Shown here: one piece after another, positions 1 to 7,835 of the stretch
How the letters are laid out: each line of letters opens with the position of its first letter
Position numbering within the stretch: the stretch's first letter is position 1
NCBI GenBank assembly: GCA_030666865.1
Contig: DAOUWZ010000005.1
Location: 1-54,360, forward strand
DNA: 54,360 nt
Direction: 5' to 3'
Source: a bacterium
GTDB taxonomy: Bacteria; Patescibacteriota; Patescibacteriia; S139-126
Translations under genes and position numbers: made by a program
The notes under the pieces: generated by a model
Seen by the model: only the letters and a program-made list of their open reading frames with translations
Databases searched by the model: none
What the model was told of the DNA's origin: nothing

Positions 1-12
1 GCAGGAATGACA
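1..12. repeat. Right end of a GTCATTCCTGC-type REP-like palindromic repeat, cut by the window edge
   Basis: GCAGGAATGACA is the reverse complement of TGTCATTCCTGC at 4108-4119. Confidence 0.5.
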
Positions 13-156
13 GTGTGGCAAATAGAAATTTATAAAGAATAAGGGAGTAGGATGTATTAATAACGATTAATTAACATTATTAAACTAACTGTGGTGTGAC
101 GGCTAATACCCCGTCAGCTTGCTGCGGGGATAATTTATTTTATAGCTATGTGGTAT

Positions 157-180
157 TACCTGCCTGCCGGCAGGCAGGTA
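157..180. repeat. Perfect palindrome TACCTGCCTGCCGGCAGGCAGGTA (family A)
   Basis: The 20-bp core CCTGCCTGCCGGCAGGCAGG recurs at 15183-15202 and 50313-50332, is split at 30751-30810, and has variants at 10190-10225 and 15073-15119. Confidence 0.9.
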
Positions 181-207
181 CAAATTTATTAAAGTAATTG
201 AGTATAA

Positions 208-3078
208 ATGCCGAAGGGGAAAACTAAAAAAAAGACAATAAAAAAGGCTGTCTTGAAAAAAGGAACCACAAGTAAGCCAAAAACCAAAAAAGCAGGCTCT
301 TTGAATTCAAGGGGTTGTATTAAGGTTATGAAAAAGAAAACAGCAAAAAAATCTATTACCAAGAAAAAAAGAATTGTAAAAAAATCTGTTATAAAAAATG
401 AAAAAAAGATTGTTCATAAAAAGATCGCTCAAAAAAGAGATAAAATTGTTTTATTCGACGATATAAATGTGGCTACTATTAAGGCTAGACAGGATGAACA
501 TGTTATAGAAAATAGTATTGAGGAAAATGAAAATAATATGGTGATAACAAATGATGTATTAAGTCTAGATCAAGAAAGTCAGTCAAAACAGTTAAATATA
601 AAAATAAGTAATTTAAATACAAAATCTCCTCATTTAGTTGACTTGAAAAAGCGCAGGATTGTTACTTATATAGACCAGGAAAAGGATAGGCCAAAGACTT
701 TAGAAGATAGGTTGGCTAGTTTTGAAGATAAATTTTATAAAACCAAAACAAATTTTATTACTCCTGAGGCAGTTAAATATGCCAGAAAAAATAGACAAAG
801 GAAGACAGGAAAAATAAAGAGAATATTTTTAGTAATAAAAGGAAATATTTCTAATTTTTTTGAAAATCGAATTTCCAAGGTAGGTATTTGGGGAGATGAA
901 TTGGTAACTAATTATTTAGAACAAAAATCTAACAGGGGAACAGAGTCTGACTTATCATCACAAATAATTATAGAACAAGTAAGAAAAAATAAGATTAAGC
1001 GTAAGCACAGTAAATTTTTTTCTTTTCCTCATCCAGTCAGGTGGACATTTAGTAGCGAGTTGAGAGGATCTTTATTTTTGTTTTTAATTTTGGCAATAGT
1101 ATTAGTTTCACCACTTAAGGCATATACTTTTTATGAAAAGGTAAAGAATGAAAAATCGCAAGTTTTAGGAGTATCGTCAACTGTTTATAAAGATTTTTCC
1201 AATGGCGTAGATGCTTTGTCACGATTGAATTTTTCTGAAGCAACAAACAATTTTACTTCTGCTAGTGAAAATTTATTGTCAGTCAGACAAGTTTTAAATG
1301 AATATCCAGCTTTTTTGATGTCGGCAGCTAAAAGTTTGCCTAAGGTAGGAAGCCATGTGTCAGCTGGTGATATTTTAATTGATGTTGGAAATAACATTGC
1401 TAATGCTGGCGCTTTGATGAGTCAGTTATTTGCCGAGGTTTTAACTGAAGATGATAAATTAACAAGCGATAGATTGGTTGAACTTAAAACAGGATTTCAG
1501 GAATTATCAGTTATATTCAAAAATACCAGTAATTTACTGATTAAAATTGATGAGCAGGTGATTCCTGAGGAATATCAGGAAAAAATTAGCTTGTTAAAAC
1601 AATGGATGCCACTATCTAGTAGCATAATTGATAATATAGTGGAAGTTCTTGATATAAGTATTATTTTATTGGGTCATGATCAGCCACAGAGGTATTTGAT
1701 AGTATTTCAAAATTCAAATGAATTAAGGCCGACCGGTGGCTTTATTGGAAGTTTTGCCGAAATTGATGTAGATAAGGCTCAAGTAACAAATATAATCATA
1801 CCAACTGGGGGAATATATGATTTGCAAGGTGATTTAGAGGTTCTGGTAGCCGCTCCAAAGCCACTTCATATGTTGAATGCTAATTGGCAGATTCAAGATT
1901 CAAATTGGTGGTTTGATTTTCCCACTAGTGCTAAAAAAATTCTGTGGTTTTATGAAAAATCTGGCGGACCTACTGTTGATGGTTTAATCGCTGTTAATTC
2001 AAATATTCTTTCCAGTTTAATATCTATTACTGGTCCGATTTATCTTGCCAATTTTGATATAACTCTTGATGAGAATAATATTATAAATGAAATACAAAAA
2101 GAAGTAGAGTTTAATTATGATAAAGAAAATAATGAACCGAAAAAAATAATCTCTGAATTGATGCCAATTATGATAGAAAAACTTCAGAAGTTATCTGGTA
2201 ATCAATTTATGGAAATATTTACGGTCTTTAATTCTGCTTTAACATCAAAGGATATACAGATATATTATCAAAATGATGAGATGCAAAAGAAATTGAAAGA
2301 ATTAGCTTGGACTGGGGATGTAAAATATACCAAGCAGGACTATTTAGCTGTTGTGAATACCAATATTGGCGGAGGCAAGGCTGATAATAAAATTAATCAG
2401 CAAACTCATTTGCAAACTGTTATTAGTGAAGATGGCAGTATTCGGAATAAATTGAAAATCAGGTATGATTATACTGGAGCTTTAGGTGAATTATTTATTG
2501 AACCAGAGTATAATAATTATTTACGAGTTTATGTTCCGCTTGGCAGTAGGATGATTACAACAAACGGATTTTATGTACCGGCTAGTTCAGAGTTTAATAG
2601 TCCGCGAGAAGGATATGAAATTGATGAGTATTTGCACGAAGTAGAAAAATTACCTATAGTTGAGGAAAGTACTAATACCAGGATTACTGAAGAATTTGGT
2701 AAAACTGTTTTTGGAAATTGGGTTAAATTAATTCCCGGTGAGACCAAAGAGGTTTATATAGAGTATGAATTGCCGTTTAAAGTAACTTTCAAAGATACTA
2801 AAGATAAAAATATTATTATTGAATATTTTGATAAGCTTATTGAATATATTGGCATATCATTGCCAGAGGAAAAACAAGTGGCTACTTATACCGCTATGTG
2901 GCAAAAGCAGTCAGGGCAAGTTGCGCCATTTATAACCCATGAATTAAATTATTCCAACAATTGGGATGTAGCTTCTAGTCCGAGTTTATATGATAAAATT
3001 GCCAGGCAAGAAAATAAGGTTTATTATCAGACTGAACTTGATAGAGATATTTTTTGGGGTGTTATTTTGAGTAAATAG
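208..3078 (+). CDS. DUF4012 domain-containing membrane protein with a Lys-rich N-terminal extension
   Basis: Motifs QNSNELRPTGGFIGS, DSNWWFDFPTSA, GGGKAD, NYLRVYVPLGS; one TM segment near aa 290; start codon uncertain (208 or 328). Confidence 0.85.
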   Translation: MPKGKTKKKTIKKAVLKKGTTSKPKTKKAGSLNSRGCIKVMKKKTAKKSITKKKRIVKKSVIKNEKKIVHKKIAQKRDKIVLFDDINVATIKARQDEHVIENSIEENENNMVITNDVLSLDQESQSKQLNIKISNLNTKSPHLVDLKKRRIVTYIDQEKDRPKTLEDRLASFEDKFYKTKTNFITPEAVKYARKNRQRKTGKIKRIFLVIKGNISNFFENRISKVGIWGDELVTNYLEQKSNRGTESDLSSQIIIEQVRKNKIKRKHSKFFSFPHPVRWTFSSELRGSLFLFLILAIVLVSPLKAYTFYEKVKNEKSQVLGVSSTVYKDFSNGVDALSRLNFSEATNNFTSASENLLSVRQVLNEYPAFLMSAAKSLPKVGSHVSAGDILIDVGNNIANAGALMSQLFAEVLTEDDKLTSDRLVELKTGFQELSVIFKNTSNLLIKIDEQVIPEEYQEKISLLKQWMPLSSSIIDNIVEVLDISIILLGHDQPQRYLIVFQNSNELRPTGGFIGSFAEIDVDKAQVTNIIIPTGGIYDLQGDLEVLVAAPKPLHMLNANWQIQDSNWWFDFPTSAKKILWFYEKSGGPTVDGLIAVNSNILSSLISITGPIYLANFDITLDENNIINEIQKEVEFNYDKENNEPKKIISELMPIMIEKLQKLSGNQFMEIFTVFNSALTSKDIQIYYQNDEMQKKLKELAWTGDVKYTKQDYLAVVNTNIGGGKADNKINQQTHLQTVISEDGSIRNKLKIRYDYTGALGELFIEPEYNNYLRVYVPLGSRMITTNGFYVPASSEFNSPREGYEIDEYLHEVEKLPIVEESTNTRITEEFGKTVFGNWVKLIPGETKEVYIEYELPFKVTFKDTKDKNIIIEYFDKLIEYIGISLPEEKQVATYTAMWQKQSGQVAPFITHELNYSNNWDVASSPSLYDKIARQENKVYYQTELDRDIFWGVILSK

Positions 3079-3117
3079 ATTTTAGAATCTAGAATAATAA
3101 GAATTTTTATTTAAACC

Positions 3118-3146
3118 GTAGTGACAGAGCACTGCTCTGTCACTAC
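3118..3146. repeat. GTAG-type REP-like palindrome, copy 1
   Basis: GTAGTGACAGAGCA-C-TGCTCTGTCACTAC with perfect 14-bp arms; near-identical copy at 40482-40510. Confidence 0.85.
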
Positions 3147-3220
3147 ACAATTTATCATAATCAAAAATATAGTAATTATCTAATATTAGCCAAAAAGCTG
3201 ATATTTTTTGATGTCAGGCC

Positions 3221-3248
3221 TTGACAAATTCTATAAAACCTGTATAAT
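3221..3248 (+). promoter_or_regulatory. Sigma70-type promoter
   Basis: TTGACA-16 bp-TATAAT, both boxes consensus. Confidence 0.6.
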
Positions 3249-3514
3249 AGATTGTTAAACAATTTAACTTTTTGGAGAGAGTTAAAAAGAACAAGCTCCT
3301 CCGGAAAAGGGAGTTTTTTGAAAATATAAATTAGCTGGATTTATTGGAGGGAAAAAGGTGAGTACTAAGGTATGACCCTTTATAAATAATATTATTTAAG
3401 CTTATTATTTGGTGTAAACTAGATATCTGCCTAAATATATTATTTGTTTAATATCCTATTACAGGATCACTTGAACATTTTCCCTCAAATAAATCTAGTT
3501 AATATAAACTTGAC

Positions 3515-3584
3515 GAGGCTGAATGCCTCGCCTATGCGTAATTTTTGAATATCTTATTAATGCGTAGCTGAGGCATTCAGCCTC
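3515..3584. repeat. Inverted-repeat (MITE-like) element
   Basis: GAGGCTGAATGCCTC (3515-3529) and GAGGCATTCAGCCTC (3570-3584) form a perfect 15-bp inverted repeat. Confidence 0.7.
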
Positions 3585-3747
3585 AGTATAAAGTAAAGGA
3601 TAGAAGAAGATATTGGGGAGAGAGTGACTGAAGAGCTTTAAATAATAATATTGGCTTGTTTCAGCTCGCTCCCAAATACCTTCTTCTATCTCACCTATTA
3701 AATCCTCATTCATGCTAATCTATTGATTGATAAAATTGATACATTAG

Positions 3748-3808
3748 CTCCTTTCCTTATAGGGCGTTTTCTTAGTAATCTAAGTCAGACGCCTTATAAG
3801 GAGAGGAG
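3748..3808. repeat. Inverted-repeat element of CTCTCCTTATAAGGAGAGG type with internal insert
   Basis: CTCCTTTCCTTATAGGGCGT / ACGCCTTATAAGGAGAGGAG, 20-bp arms with 2 G-U/mismatch positions. Confidence 0.65.
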
Positions 3809-3926
3809 AGGATTTACTTAACAAAATTAAGTAAATCATATTTTAAAAATAAAATTTTCAAAAAATACTGATGGCAAATATCCGATAAACAATAATTTTC
3901 AAATAATAGATTAGGAATAATTTGCC

Positions 3927-4045
3927 CTCAGTAATCTGGGTTTTCAGGCTCGAGGCTAGCCGGTTGCGCTTCAGCATAGCTGTAGCAAAATCTCTCTCCT
4001 CCAGCCGGCCATGCAATTCTAGAGCCTGAAGCCCAGATTACTGAG
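3927..4045 (+). ncRNA. Candidate structured ncRNA (long rod with central bubble, 6S-like architecture) or MITE
   Basis: ~24-bp closing stem 3927-3951/4022-4045, inner stem AGCCGGTTG/CAGCCGGCC, intrinsic terminator immediately downstream. Confidence 0.4.
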
Positions 4046-4055
4046 TAAAAGTAAC

Positions 4056-4081
4056 AAAGTCGCATTGTGCGGCTTTTTTTT
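4056..4081 (+). terminator. Intrinsic terminator, copy 1
   Basis: AAGTCGCA-TTG-TGCGGCTT followed by a T-tract. Confidence 0.7.
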
Positions 4082-4107
4082 GTTTACATAATGTTAAATA
4101 TCTACTG

Positions 4108-4132
4108 TGTCATTCCTGCGAAGGCAGGAATC
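4108..4132. repeat. REP-like TGTCATTCCTGCGAAGGCAGGAATC element
   Basis: ATTCCTGC-GAAG-GCAGGAAT hairpin; same family as 1-12. Confidence 0.65.
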
Positions 4133-4169
4133 TAGAAAATAAAAAATAAAAATGAAGAGTAAAATTTTT

Positions 4170-4193
4170 AGGTCGCATTGTGCGACCTTTTTT
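4170..4193 (+). terminator. Intrinsic terminator, copy 2 (near-duplicate of 4056-4081)
   Basis: AGGTCGCA-TTG-TGCGACCT followed by a T-tract. Confidence 0.65.
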
Positions 4194-4257
4194 GTAATTT
4201 TAAATTTGTATTTTAGTACTTTTTAAAATATCAGAATTATGGTAGAATAATTTTACA

Positions 4258-5856
4258 ATGTTAAAGAAAATTTGGTTCAAATTGAATAATACTGTCACTG
4301 GCGGAGCAATAATAATTGCTTTTTTTTCTGTATTTTCAAAAATAGTCGGGTTATTTCGAGAAAGAATTTTGGCTGCCAATTTTTCTGGTGACAAGATAGA
4401 TGTTTTGGATGCTTATTATGCTGCTTTTAAATTGCCTGATTTGGTATTTAACACTTTAGTGCTTGGGGCGCTGGCTTCCGCTTTTATTCCAGTATTTATA
4501 AAATATTTAAAAAAGAATAAAGAGGAGGCTTTTTTGATCTCCAACTCTATTTTAAATTTGTTACTATTGCTAGTTGGCGGACTGACTATTATTTTTATTT
4601 TTATTGCGCCTTTGGTTATGCATTTAGTAGTACCAGGATTTGATGGAGATAAATTTGATATGACTGTCTCGCTTACTAGGATAATGTTTATATCAATAAT
4701 ATTTTTTACAGTTTCAAATGTTTTTTCCGGGGTACTAAATTCATTTAAAAAGTTTTTAACCTTTTCTTTAGCGCCAATTTTTTATAATTTAGGAATAATA
4801 TTTGGCATCGTATTTTTTACCAAATGGATGGGAGTATCTGGTATTGCTTGGGGTGTGGTACTTGGCGCTTTGCTACATTTACTGATTCAGTTGCCAGAAA
4901 TTTTGAAAACAGGTTGGCGGTATCGGTTACAATTAAACCTTAAACATAAAGGAGTAAGAAAAATTTTAAAATTGATGTTACCGAGAACTTTTGGGTTGGC
5001 AGTAGGGCAGATAAATCAATTAGTAATTGTTATTATAGCCTCTACTTTAGCAGTTGGTAGTGTGGCTTATTTCAACTTAGCTAATAATTTACAGTCTTTT
5101 CCGATTTCAATATTTGGCGTCTCTATAGCTCTGGCTTGTTTTCCGGCGTTTTCGCAGGCTTTTGCGGAAAATGATACTGAAAAGTTTAAACAAAGTTTTA
5201 GTGTAAATTTTCGTCGGATATTATATTTAATTGTGCCATTTTCGATTTTTCTTTTGTTATTAAGAGCGCAAGTAGTTAGGTTGGTTTTAGGTAGTGGTTC
5301 ATTTTCCTGGCACGATACAATTCAGACTGCTCAGACTTTGGGATTTTTTTCTTTATCGTTGTTTGCTCAAAGTTTGATACCGTTGATAGCTAGATCATTT
5401 TATGCTTTGGAAGATACGAAAACCCCGGTAATAATAAGCGTGATGGCAATGATAGTGAATATTGTTGGAGCAATATTGTTGGGGAAATATTTTGGAATAT
5501 TTGGCGTGGCAATTGCATTTTCTATAGCCACTATTATTCAAATGGTATTATTACTTACTATTTTAAGAGGACGGGTGGGCTATCTTGATGATAAAAGATT
5601 AGCTTGGTCGTCAATAAAGATCGGCTGCTTGAGTTTATTGGCTGGATTGGTCGGATATGTAGTTATGCGGATAGTAGCGCCAATGGTTGATATGCAAACA
5701 TTTTTTGGCATTTTGATTCAGACAGTAACAACCGCATTTATTGGCGGTGGAGTTTATATTTTCTTGAGTATTTTATTCAATTTTGAGGAAGTAGAAATAT
5801 TGCAGAAATATTTAGGGAAATATTCTAAAGTGTTAGCAAATAAAAAAAGTAAATAA
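4258..5856 (+). CDS. murJ: Lipid II flippase MurJ (MviN)
   Basis: SKIVGLFRE, DAYYAAFKLPD, RSFYALEDTKTP motifs; many TM helices. Confidence 0.95.
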   Translation: MLKKIWFKLNNTVTGGAIIIAFFSVFSKIVGLFRERILAANFSGDKIDVLDAYYAAFKLPDLVFNTLVLGALASAFIPVFIKYLKKNKEEAFLISNSILNLLLLLVGGLTIIFIFIAPLVMHLVVPGFDGDKFDMTVSLTRIMFISIIFFTVSNVFSGVLNSFKKFLTFSLAPIFYNLGIIFGIVFFTKWMGVSGIAWGVVLGALLHLLIQLPEILKTGWRYRLQLNLKHKGVRKILKLMLPRTFGLAVGQINQLVIVIIASTLAVGSVAYFNLANNLQSFPISIFGVSIALACFPAFSQAFAENDTEKFKQSFSVNFRRILYLIVPFSIFLLLLRAQVVRLVLGSGSFSWHDTIQTAQTLGFFSLSLFAQSLIPLIARSFYALEDTKTPVIISVMAMIVNIVGAILLGKYFGIFGVAIAFSIATIIQMVLLLTILRGRVGYLDDKRLAWSSIKIGCLSLLAGLVGYVVMRIVAPMVDMQTFFGILIQTVTTAFIGGGVYIFLSILFNFEEVEILQKYLGKYSKVLANKKSK

Positions 5857-5914
5857 TGACTAATATAGATATTAAAAAAATACGTAATTTTTGTATTATC
5901 GCGCATATCGACCA
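5856..5914 (+). pseudogene. Displaced duplicate of the lepA 5' end (MTNIDIKKIRNFCIIAHIDH)
   Basis: 5868-5914 matches 6058-6104 at 46/47 nt; its ATG overlaps the murJ stop (TAATG). Confidence 0.85.
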
Positions 5915-6028
5915 CCCCGGCACTAAAGCTCGAAAGTATTTGCAAGAGTTAATTAAAATTTATTGCTCGGAAACGCCTGCGGCTCAGTTATTAAATTATT
6001 TATATTTTTACAGAAGCTTAGTGCGGGG
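5915..6028. mobile_element. MITE-like element (114 bp) with CCCCG(G)CACT...AGTGCGGGG terminal inverted repeats
   Basis: CCCCGGCACTAAAGCT versus the reverse complement of AGCTTAGTGCGGGG. Confidence 0.65.
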
Positions 6029-6045
6029 CGCGACTCAGATAATTA

Positions 6046-7833
6046 ATGGATATTATGGATATTAATAAAATACGTAATTTTTGTATTATCGCGCATATCG
6101 ACCATGGTAAGTCTACTTTAGCTGATCGGCTTTTGGAGATTACAAATACAATAGAAGAGCGTAAGATGAAAGCGCAATTGCTTGACCAAATGGATTTAGA
6201 AAGAGAACGAGGGATTACAATCAAACTTGCTCCAGTCAGGATGCAATGGCAGGGTTATGAATTGAATTTGATAGATACTCCCGGTCATGTTGACTTTTCT
6301 TATGAAGTTTCAAGGTCACTTGCTGCAGTTGAAGGAGCTCTTTTATTGGTTGATGCTACTCAAGGTATTGAGGCTCAAACTTTGGCTAATCTGCATTTGG
6401 CGCAAAAACAAGATTTGCAGATCATTCCTATTATAAATAAAATTGATTTACCAGCCGCTGACGCGGAAACAGTGAAAGTTGATTTGGTAAATCTTTTGAA
6501 TTGTGAAGAAAGTGATATTTTATTGGTATCAGCTAAAACAGGTAAAGGAGTAAAAAACATTCTGGATGAAGTTATCAAAAAAATTCCCGCTCCGATTGGT
6601 GATAGAAAGGAGCAAACTCAAAGTTTGATATTTGATTCATTTTTTGATGAGTATCGAGGGGTGGTTAGCTATGTGAGATTGAACAATGGAGTTATTAATA
6701 GTGGCGATACTATCAAATTTATCTCTTCCGGATTTACTACTGAAGCTTTGGAAGTTGGTTTTTTCAATCCTGAAATGAAAAAGCAAAAACAATTGGTTGC
6801 GGGAGAAATTGGCTATGTTGTTACTGGACTCAAAGATGTGTCAGAAGCAAAAATTGGTGATACTATTACTACCAAAAATAATCCATCATTAGTTGCCCTG
6901 TCAGGATATGAAGAAATGAAATCAATGGTTTTTGCTGGAATCTATCCAAAAGAAGGAGATGATTTTGAACAGTTAAGGGAAGCAGTTGAAAAATTGAAAC
7001 TTAATGATTCGTCACTGTCGTATGAACCTGAGTCTTCTATGGCGTTGGGGCATGGTTTTCGTTGTGGTTTTTTAGGGCTTTTGCATTTGGAAATTTTTCA
7101 AGAAAGACTGCATCGTGAATATAATCTAGATATTATTGTTACCACTCCATCAGTAGCTTATCTGGTTTATGATAAAAAAGGGGAAAAACATATAATTCAT
7201 TCTCCAGCCGAATATTCAAAGCCAGAACTAATTTCCAAAGTTAAAGAGCCAATAATGGAAGTGGAAATTGTTACTCCAGCAGAATATATGGGAAATATTA
7301 TGAAATTTGTTGTTGAGAAAAGGGGGATTTATATTGATACCAAATATATAGATGAGCAAAAAGTAATACTACTTTATTATGTGCCTTTAACTTCTCTGTT
7401 AGTTGATTTTTATGATACACTTAAAAGTGTATCAAGCGGATATGCCAGTATGAATTATGAATTTTATAATTATTCCGAATGTACTTTGGTAAAACTTGAT
7501 ATTTTAGTAGCTGAAGAAAAAGTAGAGGCATTTAGCACTTTGGTTTATGAAGATAGGGCTTATTATATTGCTAGAGAAATTGTTGCATCTTTGAAAAAAG
7601 TTTTATCAAAACAGATGTTTGAGATAAAGATTCAGGCGGCTGTTGGCGGAAAAATAATCGCTTCCGAACGATTATCAGCCATGCGCAAAGATGTTACTTC
7701 AAAGTTGTATGGCGGTGATGTTACTAGAAAGAAGAAATTATTAGAAAAACAGAAAAAAGGTAAAAAGAAAATGCAATCAGTCGGCAAAGTGCAAATTCCA
7801 GTTGATGCATTTTTATCAATTTTAAAAAGATAA
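6046..7833 (+). CDS. lepA: Translation elongation factor 4 (LepA)
   Basis: AHIDHGKSTLADR, DTPGHVDF, NKID, GFRCGFLGLLH, RKDVT..LYGGD; start 6046 or 6055. Confidence 0.98.
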   Translation: MDIMDINKIRNFCIIAHIDHGKSTLADRLLEITNTIEERKMKAQLLDQMDLERERGITIKLAPVRMQWQGYELNLIDTPGHVDFSYEVSRSLAAVEGALLLVDATQGIEAQTLANLHLAQKQDLQIIPIINKIDLPAADAETVKVDLVNLLNCEESDILLVSAKTGKGVKNILDEVIKKIPAPIGDRKEQTQSLIFDSFFDEYRGVVSYVRLNNGVINSGDTIKFISSGFTTEALEVGFFNPEMKKQKQLVAGEIGYVVTGLKDVSEAKIGDTITTKNNPSLVALSGYEEMKSMVFAGIYPKEGDDFEQLREAVEKLKLNDSSLSYEPESSMALGHGFRCGFLGLLHLEIFQERLHREYNLDIIVTTPSVAYLVYDKKGEKHIIHSPAEYSKPELISKVKEPIMEVEIVTPAEYMGNIMKFVVEKRGIYIDTKYIDEQKVILLYYVPLTSLLVDFYDTLKSVSSGYASMNYEFYNYSECTLVKLDILVAEEKVEAFSTLVYEDRAYYIAREIVASLKKVLSKQMFEIKIQAAVGGKIIASERLSAMRKDVTSKLYGGDVTRKKKLLEKQKKGKKKMQSVGKVQIPVDAFLSILKR

Positions 7834-7835
7834 TC

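Noticed and set aside
3495-3713. 72-aa minus-strand ORF
   Set aside because: One third of it is an inverted-repeat element, and the apparent upstream RBS lies in another palindrome; not supportable as a gene.
5856-6065. 69-aa ORF as a real gene or as a lepA intron/intein
   Set aside because: It is the duplicated lepA start plus MITE read-through; lepA is complete downstream and no splicing motifs are visible.
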